A DNA stretch of 64,000 bases from Candidatus Eiseniibacteriota bacterium. Its GTDB lineage: Bacteria > Eisenbacteria > RBG-16-71-46 > CAVPCR01. Position 1 is the stretch's first letter. Every line of letters begins with the position of its first letter. The stretch is taken from assembly GCA_963823555.1 (NCBI GenBank), contig CAWGMA010000002.1, forward strand, positions 160,001-224,000. The letters run 5' to 3'. Position numbers and translations under genes: made by a program. The notes below the pieces were generated by a model, which saw only the letters and a program-made list of their open reading frames with translations, did no database searches and was not told where the DNA came from. Shown in pieces: positions 21,431-30,269 of this stretch.

Positions 21431-22672
21431 GTGGCAAACGCCAAAGGTCGAGCCAGGACGCGTCCTCGCCTCAGGCCCTCGCCTGCACAGATCGCGGCGC
21501 TTCTGGGCGCCGCGACGCTCGTTCTCCTCCTTGTATTGAAACTCGTCGGCACGCTCGAAGACGGCGCCGGCCAGGGGCTCGTCGCTTCGCAGGCGGCCGG
21601 CGCCAGGCGCTGGCTCGGAAGCTTGATCGGCCGGAACGATGGAGGGGCCGAGGAGCCGTCTGCCGTGACGGCGCTCGCGAAGGCGCTCAAGCCTTTCGGC
21701 ATCGTCGCTTCAGATATCCGGAGACAGGCTCTGCCCGAGGTGCGCACGGGGCGCTTCCGGGCCGAGAGATGGGATGTGCCGGTTCCACCACGGGTCTCAC
21801 TCATCAAGGTGAACCTGGCGGTGACAAGAGCCGCCGCCTCCGCCGCGCTCGAGGTCCTCGATGCGCGTGAGGAGGCGGGGGCCCAGGGACCGATGCTCGT
21901 CATGGCTCTGGGCGCGGGCGGTGCTGAGCGCTATCGCCTGGCCTTCTCGCACACCGAGAGAGAGGCGGGTCGGGGAGCGGTGGCGGTGATCATCAACGGT
22001 ATCGGCGCCGAATGGGACGCGACATCCGAGGCCTTGCTCGCCTTTCCGGCACCCTTGACCTGGGCCGTGTTGCCGGGGCATCGCAGCTCGCGAGATATCG
22101 CGAGCGCGGCGCGAGCGCGAGGAATCGAGGTGCTGTTGTCGATGCCCATGGAGCCCAAGGGGTATCCGGTCTCGGACCCGGGTGAGGGCGCGATCCTCAT
22201 GGATCTGGGGCCGGCCGAGGTTCGGGCGCGGATGCGCCGCGCACTCGAGTCGGTGGGTGAGGTCAGCGGCATCGTGACCTACATGGGTTCCATGGCGACC
22301 ACCGATGGGGAGCTGATGGAGATCGTTCTCGACGAGACGAATCGCCAGGGACTCTTCTTCGTCGATAGTCGCGCTGTCGATCGCTCGGTCGTGTCGGAGG
22401 TGGCCCGGCGCCTGCGGGCGCCTTGCGTGGCGAGTTCGCTCTTCATCGATGAAGAAGGAGATTCAGAGGACGTGATCGCGAAGCGCATCGTGCGGCTCAT
22501 GGATGTCGCCGAGCGCGCCGGGCGAGCGGTGGCGATCGGCCACAGCACGCCGGAGATGCTCTCGGCGCTCGAGGCGGCGTTGCCCGAGTTCGCGGCGCGA
22601 GGACTCGATCTCGTCCCGGTATCCATGCTGGTTCCGGCGCGCACGGCGGCGCCGGTGGCCGGCGCCCTGTGA
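21431..22672 (+). CDS. Membrane-anchored divergent polysaccharide deacetylase (YibQ-like) with degenerate active site
   Basis: N-terminal TM; PLTWAVLP, PMEP, MGS.AT, FFVDS and AIGH are present, but the DD/H/H metal ligands are replaced. GTG 21431 follows AAGGAAG; alternative start TTG 21368. Confidence 0.85.
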   Translation: MANAKGRARTRPRLRPSPAQIAALLGAATLVLLLVLKLVGTLEDGAGQGLVASQAAGARRWLGSLIGRNDGGAEEPSAVTALAKALKPFGIVASDIRRQALPEVRTGRFRAERWDVPVPPRVSLIKVNLAVTRAAASAALEVLDAREEAGAQGPMLVMALGAGGAERYRLAFSHTEREAGRGAVAVIINGIGAEWDATSEALLAFPAPLTWAVLPGHRSSRDIASAARARGIEVLLSMPMEPKGYPVSDPGEGAILMDLGPAEVRARMRRALESVGEVSGIVTYMGSMATTDGELMEIVLDETNRQGLFFVDSRAVDRSVVSEVARRLRAPCVASSLFIDEEGDSEDVIAKRIVRLMDVAERAGRAVAIGHSTPEMLSALEAALPEFAARGLDLVPVSMLVPARTAAPVAGAL

Positions 22673-22747
22673 GGGTGGTCGTGGGGGACGACTCGCGAGC
22701 ATCGAAGGTAGATTTCAGGGATTACTCCTCGAGGTCCAGGATCGAAA

Positions 22748-23485
22748 ATGCCTGAGCTGATCGTCAATCTGAACAGCGTCGCCCTGTTGCGCGAGGGATC
22801 CGGGGCGCTCGATCCGGATCCGGTGCAAGTCGCCGCTGTCGCCGAGGCGGCAGGTGCGGCAGGAATCGCCGTACAGCTGCGCGATGATCGGCGCCATGTG
22901 CAGGATCGCGACGTGCGGCTGCTCAAGGAGACGGTCAAGACCGCGCTGACCTTGACCATTGCTCCCAGCGAACCGCTCCTGGTCATCGCCGAGGCGCTCA
23001 AGCCCGAATGGGTGACCCTGGTCCCATCGACCGGGGGGCCTGGCGGTGGGGGAGAGATCGTCGGCCGGGAGGCCAATCTGCGGGGTGCCGTCGAGGGGTT
23101 GCGCCAGAGCGGAATCCGCTTGAGCCTCCTTCTGCAGCCGGACCTCGACCTCGTGAAGATGGCGGCCGGGCTCGGCGTGCAGGCCGTGAACCTCCACGCC
23201 GGCGCCTACGCCGAGCACTACGGCACTCCCGAGGAGTCGCGGGAGTGCGAGATGATTCGCAATGCGGCCGAGTACGCCCAGAAGCTGGGCCTCAAGGTCC
23301 GCGTGGCGGGGGGGATCGACTTTCGAAATGGCGAGCCGCTGTACCGAGTGGACGCAGTGAACGGGTTCGAGATCGGCCATGCGCTCGTGTCGCGGGCCGT
23401 GCTCGTCGGAATGGATACGGCGGTTCGCGAGATGATTGGCCTCATGAGGACCGCTCTACCAGCCGTCTCTCAATTCCGGGCTTGA
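22748..23485 (+). CDS. pdxJ: Pyridoxine 5'-phosphate synthase (PdxJ) homolog with degenerate active site
   Basis: PDP..AA.AE.AGA.GI.V.LR.DRRH.QDRDV and IGHALVSRAV.VG..AV.EM match PdxJ; several catalytic residues are substituted. Confidence 0.8.
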   Translation: MPELIVNLNSVALLREGSGALDPDPVQVAAVAEAAGAAGIAVQLRDDRRHVQDRDVRLLKETVKTALTLTIAPSEPLLVIAEALKPEWVTLVPSTGGPGGGGEIVGREANLRGAVEGLRQSGIRLSLLLQPDLDLVKMAAGLGVQAVNLHAGAYAEHYGTPEESRECEMIRNAAEYAQKLGLKVRVAGGIDFRNGEPLYRVDAVNGFEIGHALVSRAVLVGMDTAVREMIGLMRTALPAVSQFRA

Positions 23486-23678
23486 GGAAACGGAGGTGTG
23501 TTGGCGGCGTCACTGCGTGGTTCGGGGCATCCCGAATTGCAGACGAGTCTCACTCGGACCCGTGGTGGATGTCTCCCCTCATGAGGCCGTCTTCTTCTCG
23601 AAAGGCCGTTGAGATGCTAGCAACCAGAGTCCTGACCGCGGGTGCCGAGCGGCCCTGCAACACAAGGTTCGATCGATC

Positions 23679-25241
23679 ATGAGTGCAACGACACGCTGGA
23701 AGCTGATCCTGGTCATCGCCGTGTTCGCCATCGCCGGCTACTACCTGTGGCCGACCTACAACTACTACTTCCGGATGACCCCAGAAGAGCAGTTGGTGGC
23801 CAAGGACGTGCGCGGCAAGATCATCCACCTCGGTCTCGATCTGCTCGGTGGCATGCACGTCGTGCTGGAGGCGGATCTGAGTCAGGTGCCCGCAGACCAG
23901 GCCGGTGACGCCCTGGATCGGGTGGTCGAGATCCTGCGCAACCGCGTCGATCAGTTCGGCGTCGCTGAGCCGGTCATCCAGAAGCAAGGCAACGATCGGA
24001 TCGTCGTCGACCTGGCCGGTGTCCAGGACGAGGCAGCCGTACGCAACCTGATCGGATCGACGGCGCGCCTCGAGTTCCGCATGGTGGTCTCTCAGGCCGT
24101 CGCTGCCAATCTCGTCGATCGCCTCGACCGCGAGCTCGCTGCGCGGGGGGTCGGGGCCGATTCGGCTGATGCGCGGCCCCTCTCTTCCAAGTTCGCCGTG
24201 TTCTACCAGCCGCAGTATGGCATTCCCACCGGGGCCTTCGTCCGCGAGTCCGACGTCCCGGCCGTGAGCGGCCTCCTCAAGAAGGCAGCCGAGCTTGGTA
24301 TCCAGACCGGTGAGGCCGAGCCGCTGTGGGAGCTCGATCCCAAGACCATCGCCAACGTCGAAGGGCGCATCCTCCAGTTCGTCAATCGCAACATCGAGCT
24401 TTCCGGCGACCTGGTCGCCAGTGCCGAGCGCCGATTCGACCTCGACCTCGATCGGCCGAATGCCCCTGGTGTGAGCATGACTTTCTCCAACCGGGGGGCG
24501 ACACGCTTCGCCCAGGTGACCAAGGCCAACGTCGGCAACCACCTCGCCATCGTGCTCGACGGCGTGGTGCGTTCGGCGCCCGTCATCCGCGAGGCGATCC
24601 GCGGCGGCCGCGCTTCGATCACCGGCAGCTTCAACGATCAGGAAGCGCTTGTCCTGGCCACCGTGCTCAGGGCCGGGGCGCTGCCGGTCGATGTCAAGAT
24701 CGCCGAGGAGCGAACCGTGGGTCCATCCCTGGGCCGTGATTCGGTGCGGTCGAGCCTCCGGGCAGGGATGTGGGCGGCGCTGGCAACCGCAGCCTTCATG
24801 TTGATCTGGTACAGGGGCTCCGGCGTTCTGGCCATCATCGCCATGATCCTCCAGGTCTTCCTCCTCCTCGCCGGGCTGGCCGCGCTTCGCGGCACGCTCA
24901 CCGTCCCTGGCATCGCCGGCATCATTCTCACCATCGGGATGGCTGTCGATGCGAACGTGCTCATCTATGAACGCATTCGTGAGGAGATCCGGAATCACAA
25001 GACCGTGAGGGCGGCGATCGATGCCGGCTACAGCCGCGCGTTCATCACCATCCTCGATTCGAACCTGACGACGCTCATCGCGGCGCTCGTGCTCTTCCAG
25101 TACGGAACCGGTCCGGTCCGGGGTTTTGCCGTCACCCTGTCGATCGGGATCGTCGCCAACATGCTCACGGCCGTGCTCTTCACGCGCATGGTCTTCGACC
25201 TGATCACGAGCCGTCGCCGTCTCGAGCGGCTGAGTATCTAG
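23679..25241 (+). CDS. secD: Protein translocase subunit SecD
   Basis: LGLDLLGG, RVDQFGVAEP, AIVLDG, LRAGALP, VGPSLG, GMAVDANVLIYERIREE. Confidence 0.97.
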   Translation: MSATTRWKLILVIAVFAIAGYYLWPTYNYYFRMTPEEQLVAKDVRGKIIHLGLDLLGGMHVVLEADLSQVPADQAGDALDRVVEILRNRVDQFGVAEPVIQKQGNDRIVVDLAGVQDEAAVRNLIGSTARLEFRMVVSQAVAANLVDRLDRELAARGVGADSADARPLSSKFAVFYQPQYGIPTGAFVRESDVPAVSGLLKKAAELGIQTGEAEPLWELDPKTIANVEGRILQFVNRNIELSGDLVASAERRFDLDLDRPNAPGVSMTFSNRGATRFAQVTKANVGNHLAIVLDGVVRSAPVIREAIRGGRASITGSFNDQEALVLATVLRAGALPVDVKIAEERTVGPSLGRDSVRSSLRAGMWAALATAAFMLIWYRGSGVLAIIAMILQVFLLLAGLAALRGTLTVPGIAGIILTIGMAVDANVLIYERIREEIRNHKTVRAAIDAGYSRAFITILDSNLTTLIAALVLFQYGTGPVRGFAVTLSIGIVANMLTAVLFTRMVFDLITSRRRLERLSI

Positions 25242-25266
25242 GGCGCAGCCCGAAGAGGTTCATTCG

Positions 25267-26244
25267 ATGGAGTTCCTGGTCAACACCAACTTCAATTTCA
25301 TGGGACGGCGGAACATCGCTTTCCTGGTCTCCGGCCTGGCCACGCTGATCGCGATCGGCTCGCTCATCGCCCATGGGGGCCCTAGGTACTCGGTCGACTT
25401 CACCGGCGGTACCTTTGTCGAGGTGCGCTTCGACCGGCCGATGGACGTGGCGGAGCTCCGGGCGGCGGTGACCGACATCGGCCTCGGCGGCAGCGAGATC
25501 CAGAAGGTGGGCAACGAGGAGGAGTACATCTTCCGCATGAACGAGGTCGAGGTCGCGACCAAGTCGCGCGAGATCCTCGGCAGCGAGATCTCCAATCCCT
25601 ACGGCCTGATCGAGCACGCGATCAAGCAGCGCATGCCGGAGGTCGAGACCACGCTCCGTCGCCAGGAGACGGTCGGGCCCAAGATCGGCGGCGAGCTGCG
25701 GGCCCGGGCCACCAAGGCGGTGCTCATCGCCCTGGCCCTCATGCTCGTCTACATCGCGCTTCGCTTCCCCGGATTGAGCTTCGCAGTGTGCGCGGTGGTC
25801 GCTCTCTTCCACGATGTCATCCTGACCCTCGGGGTCTTGTCGATCCTCGACAAGGAAGTCTCGCTCACCGTGCTGGCGGCGCTGCTCACCATCGCCGGCT
25901 ACTCGATCAACGACACCATCGTCGTATACGATCGAATCCGCGAGGAGCTCAAGGCCCACCGCCGCGAGCCGATCCAGCAGGTGATCAACCGTGCCGTCAA
26001 CCTGACCCTGAGCCGCACACTGCTCACCGGTCTGACCACGATCCTGTCGCTCATTGCCCTCCTTCTCGTGGGCGGGACCGTGATCCACGACTTCGCCTTC
26101 ACGCTCCTCATCGGGGTCCTGTGGGGGACCTATTCATCGGTGTACGTGGCGAGCGCGCTGGTGGTGGGCTGGGAGAACCGGCGGGCCTCAGGCGAGACCC
26201 GCCGCGGTTCGCGCCGCGAGCGGCAGGCAGCGCGCTCCGCATAG
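25267..26244 (+). CDS. secF: Protein translocase subunit SecF
   Basis: VDFTGG, VGPKIGGEL, ALFHDV, GYSINDTIVVYDRIRE, GTYSS. Confidence 0.97.
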   Translation: MEFLVNTNFNFMGRRNIAFLVSGLATLIAIGSLIAHGGPRYSVDFTGGTFVEVRFDRPMDVAELRAAVTDIGLGGSEIQKVGNEEEYIFRMNEVEVATKSREILGSEISNPYGLIEHAIKQRMPEVETTLRRQETVGPKIGGELRARATKAVLIALALMLVYIALRFPGLSFAVCAVVALFHDVILTLGVLSILDKEVSLTVLAALLTIAGYSINDTIVVYDRIREELKAHRREPIQQVINRAVNLTLSRTLLTGLTTILSLIALLLVGGTVIHDFAFTLLIGVLWGTYSSVYVASALVVGWENRRASGETRRGSRRERQAARSA

Positions 26245-26259
26245 GCCGGAGGCTACGGC

Positions 26260-26793
26260 ATGGCGATCGTGCTCGTGGCATGCCTCATGATTCTGGGCGG
26301 AGAAGCCGCCATGGCCCAGAAGGAGCCTCCCGTCCGGGCGCCGGCGGCGGCTCCTGCGGGCTCGTCCGCCGTCATGGCGGCACCTGCCGATTCGCTGGCT
26401 TCCGCGCGGGCGGCACAGGCTACGGTCCCCCTCGCCCGTGCCAGTCCGCTCGCTGTGCTGGCCAGGTTCGAAGAAGCCTGGCGCGACGGCGCGCTCGACA
26501 CCGTTCTGGCCTGCCTCTCCACGAACTCGATCGAAATCGCCATCCACGAGGCGGGCCCTCCCGGCGGCCACTTTCCACCGAATCAGGCGGGGTTCCTGAT
26601 TCGCGACCTCCTTCACTACGGAGGGCCGCAGCAGTTTCGTGTTGTTCGCTTCGAGTGGAAGGAGGACGAGCTTCCGCACGGCGAAGTGGAGTGGGTGCAT
26701 CAGATGGCGGGTGACGAGGTTCATGAACGCCTGGATATCGCCCTGGCCCGCGAAGCGGAAGGCTGGCGTATCGTGCGCGTCGTCACGCGCTGA
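26260..26793 (+). CDS. Exported hypothetical protein (DUF4783/NTF2-like)
   Basis: GGAGG RBS, signal peptide, Ala/Pro linker, FEEAWRDG..., G.F...QA, ends WRIVRV. Confidence 0.65.
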   Translation: MAIVLVACLMILGGEAAMAQKEPPVRAPAAAPAGSSAVMAAPADSLASARAAQATVPLARASPLAVLARFEEAWRDGALDTVLACLSTNSIEIAIHEAGPPGGHFPPNQAGFLIRDLLHYGGPQQFRVVRFEWKEDELPHGEVEWVHQMAGDEVHERLDIALAREAEGWRIVRVVTR

Positions 26794-26861
26794 GCCATCG
26801 TCAACTCATGGTCGCGCCATCGTCGGCGCGGCGGCCGGCCGCACACAAGGAGGATGTGAGC

Positions 26862-27317
26862 TTGGCCCTCGAACATCATTACCAGTGTCAACTCGCCTGG
26901 ACCGGAGAGAAGCGTGGACGCCTCGATGCCCCGGGCCTTCCCTCTCTCGAAGTGGCGACTCCCCCGGAGTTCAAAGGGCATCCGGGAATGTGGACCCCCG
27001 AGCACCTGTTCGTTGCGTCCTCGCTCTCGTGTCTGATGACCACGTTCGTCGCGCTGGCCGAGAAGGCCCGGCTGAGCCTCGCGCGTTTCGACGCCTCGGC
27101 CCACGGGAAGCTCACTCAAGCCGCCGACGGCAAGCTCGCCATCACCGAGATCGCGCTCGAGCCGGAGATCACGGTCAGCGAGCCCGATGATGAGGCCAAG
27201 GCGCTCGACTTGATCGAGAAGGCCGAGAAGTACTGCTTGGTCTCCAATTCGATGAAGTCGACGGTCACGCTCAAGCCGCGTGTGATCGTGGACCCTGCGG
27301 CCGCTGCATCGAGTTGA
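26862..27317 (+). CDS. OsmC family protein
   Basis: PPEFKG.PG.WTPE.LF....SC..TTF and AEKYCLVSNS (two Cys); AGGAGG RBS before GTG 26856/TTG 26862. Confidence 0.9.
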   Translation: MALEHHYQCQLAWTGEKRGRLDAPGLPSLEVATPPEFKGHPGMWTPEHLFVASSLSCLMTTFVALAEKARLSLARFDASAHGKLTQAADGKLAITEIALEPEITVSEPDDEAKALDLIEKAEKYCLVSNSMKSTVTLKPRVIVDPAAAASS

Positions 27318-27428
27318 AGATCCGTCGAAACCGCCTGCACGCGTTGCATCCAGGCGTCCTACGTTGCTCACGCCAAGGTGAGGTTTGCGCTGCATGGGAT
27401 CCTCTTCCGGGGCGGACAGTCGTTCTCC

Positions 27429-27453
27429 TAGACAATGAATCCACAATGTGTTA
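27429..27453. promoter_or_regulatory. 25-bp double IHF-like motif
   Basis: TAG-ACAA-TGA-ATCCA-CAA-TGTG-TTA. Confidence 0.45.
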
Positions 27454-27548
27454 GCATGCGACACACGCAGCCGGTCGATGGTCGGCCGGTGCTCCCTTGC
27501 CAGCGAATGTCTGGTCATCTCGAGGCCGGGCAAGAGGAGATCTTCAAC

Positions 27549-28290
27549 GTGAAACAGCTATCGCTTCTCGTGGCTCTCTTGGTCCTCGGTAGCGTCACCG
27601 TGGCTACAGCGGCCGACTTCACCGCCTTCTCGGACGTTCCGGTGGGAACCGAGGCCAGCCCGGCTGTGCAGGGGCCGACGCTCCCGCCGTGGACCTCGAT
27701 GCTGACCCTGACCTTCTGGAACGATGCCGGGCTCTTCGGAGCCGCGTTCCCGGGGTTGACCATGGAGGACTTCTCCGCCACCAACGTGCCGGCGAATTCC
27801 GTCGAGGCCTGTGATGGTCCTTTCAACGCCGCGACCAACAACCTCTGCTTCTCGCCTGGCGACATCGTCGCTGGACTCGAAGTCGACAACCTCGCGGCGC
27901 CTCCCAACAATCTGAATGTCGTCCTGACGCCGCCTTTCCTCAGCGTGACCTCGGTCGCCGTGGGTCCCAACACCTTCGACGCCGATGCGGTGATCCGGTT
28001 CACCCCTGCGGTCGCGGCCGTCGGCATGGACGTGATCTCGCCGTTCGGGCCGTTCCCCGTCACGGTCAACGTCTTCGGTGCCGCCGGACTCGCTCGGCTC
28101 CACCTCGGTGACCATGGGACCGACCGCCGCCTTCTGGGGTGTCAGCAGCGACACCGATCTGATCACCCGCCTCGAGTTCTCGGCAGGCATTGGCAATGGC
28201 GAGCTCTTCTCCAACATCCGCTTCGGAGCGGGTGGTGCCACCCCGGTCGAGTCCGCGACCTGGGGCCAGATCAAGAGCACGTTCGAGTAG
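27549..28290 (+). CDS. Secreted protein with C-terminal TWGxIK tail; one frameshift near 28089
   Basis: GAGGAG RBS and signal peptide MKQLSLLVALLVLGSVTVATA; reading continues in the +1 frame SLGSTSV...TPVESATWGQIKSTFE. Confidence 0.75.
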
Positions 28291-28354
28291 CCAGCTTCGA
28301 TTCATCGACGCGATCGCAGCAGGCTCGAAGCCGGCGCTGATCGCGGGTCGACCA

Positions 28355-28400
28355 CGAATGGGCCGCCGGGGTTCGATCCCCGGCGGCCCCATTCGCTTTC
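28355..28400 (+). terminator. GC-rich hairpin / terminator
   Basis: CGAATGGGCCGCCGGGG-TTCGAT-CCCCGGCGGCCCCATTCG then CTTTC. Confidence 0.7.
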
Positions 28401-28413
28401 CGGTCGGGGGTCT

Positions 28414-28441
28414 TTGACTTCCGCCTCCGAGCACCTATACT
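28414..28441 (+). promoter_or_regulatory. Sigma70-type promoter for tamAB
   Basis: TTGACT-N16-TATACT. Confidence 0.65.
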
Positions 28442-28521
28442 GCGTATCCGCGCCGGCGACCACTGCCAGCGCTGGAGCCCATTCCGCTGATTCGATGCCA
28501 CAGGGACTGCCTTCCATAATC

Positions 28522-30269
28522 ATGATGCAATCGGTGACTGCCAGGCTCCCTGCGGGCCTTCTCGGGATCCTCGTTGCTGCTCGTTTCCCCGGCGGCCCTC
28601 GCCGACAAGGTCGATGTCGAGATCACCGGCATCGAGGGGGAGCCGGCCAGGAACGTCCGGATCGTCCTCGGCGATCGCCAACGCGGAGAAGGATCCGACG
28701 CCGCAGGAGATCCAGCGGCTCCATGCCCGGGGCCAGGACGAGATCGCCCTGGCCCTCGAGCCTTACGGTTACTACCGGCCGACGATCGACGGCACCCTCG
28801 AGGAGGTGGAACCGGGGCACTGGCAAGCGCGCTACGCGATCGACCCCGGGGGGCAGGTGCGCATTCGCAGCGTGGACATCCGACTCAGCGGCGAGGGCGA
28901 GACGGATTCCAAGCTCGTCGACCCGGTTGCCGCTTTCCCGCTCGCTCCCGGCGACAGCCTCGTCCACGCCGACTACGATCAAGTGAAGAGCGGCCTCAGC
29001 TTCGCCGCCGCCGATAACGGCTACTTCGACGCCGCCTTCGATTCCACTGCGATCCTCGTCGATCGGGACTCACTGGCCGCCGACATCGTGATCCACTTCT
29101 CGACCGGACCGCGCTATCGCTTCGGTCCAGTGGCTCTCGAGCAGGACATCCTCGACCCGCGCGTTCTCGCCGGCTACATCACCTTCGAAGAGGGTGATCC
29201 CTACGAGGTAGGGAAGCTCCTCGAGCTGCAATCGGGCCTGAGCGCAAGCCCCTACTTCTCGCGCGTGGAGGCCAGGCCGCACCCCGACGAGGCCGATAGC
29301 TTGAGGGTGCCGATCGAGGTGGAGCTCGAGCCGCGCAAGACCCAGCGCTTCGATGTCGGCCTGGGCTATGGCACCGACACCGGTGTGCGCGCCAACTTCG
29401 ATGCCGAATTGCGCCGGCTCAACAGGCGCGGGCACCGCGCCGAGGCGAATCTCAGGATCTCCCAGATCGAGCAGAGCGCTTCCGCGCGCTACATCATGCC
29501 GAGTCTCCACCCGAGCACGGCGGTCTACTCGCTCTATGCCGGTTATGCCCACCTCGAACCCGAGACCAGCGAGAGCGACAAGTGGGTCTTCGGCGGCAAC
29601 GTCACCCGGACACGGTGGGGCTTCCAGGAGACCTTCTCCCTCAGCTACGAGATCGAGGACTTCGTGGTGGGGCTCGACGAGGGTCGCTCGCGTCTGTTCC
29701 TGCCTGCGCTCGGCTACACGCGGACGCAGGCCGACGACCGCATCTTCACGCGGAACGGCTACCGTCTCCGCTTCGATGTGCGAGGCGCTCACGACAAGGT
29801 CCTCTCGACCTCCACGCTGCTGCAGCTCCGCGGCGATGTGAAGGCGATCCGGCCGCTGGGCGCGCGCACGCGCCTTCTCGTTCGCGCCGGCGGCGGCCGC
29901 ACGTTCACCGATGAGTTCCACCAGCTCCCGGCCACTCTCCGCTTCTTCACCGGCGGCGATCAGAGTGTGCGCGGCTACCGCTACAAGTCGCTGGCCCCGC
30001 GAGATGCCGAGGGCGAGGTGCTCGGCGGCGAGATCATCGTCGAGGGCAGCGTGGAGCTCGAGCTCATGCTCCTCAAGTCGTGGGGAGTCGCCGTCTTCTA
30101 TGACGCCGGGAATGCCTTCTCGCCGGACTCCCCGTTCATCCTCGAGAAGGGGACGGGGGCGGGTCTCAGGTGGCTGTCTCCCGTTGGCCTCGTGCGCGTC
30201 GACGGCGCCTATGCGGTCGGCACGCCGAACATGGTACGCCTGCACATCGGGATCGGGCCGGACCTATGA
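28522..30269 (+). CDS. tamA: TamA (Omp85 family) autotransporter assembly protein; two N-terminal frameshifts (about 28573 and 28670)
   Basis: POTRA-like ALEPYGYYRP, DNGYFDA, SPYFS.V; barrel GYGTDTG, RFFTGGDQSVRGY, GLRWLSPVG.VR.D, HIGIGPDL. Signal peptide and POTRA1 start lie in two other frames. Confidence 0.88.

Noticed and set aside
23486..23678. yajC or a riboswitch before secD
   Set aside because: Too short for yajC, and I recognise no aptamer motif.
28360..28390. GGTTCGATCCC resembling a tRNA T-arm
   Set aside because: It is the loop of a simple long hairpin; no acceptor, D or anticodon arms and no CCA.
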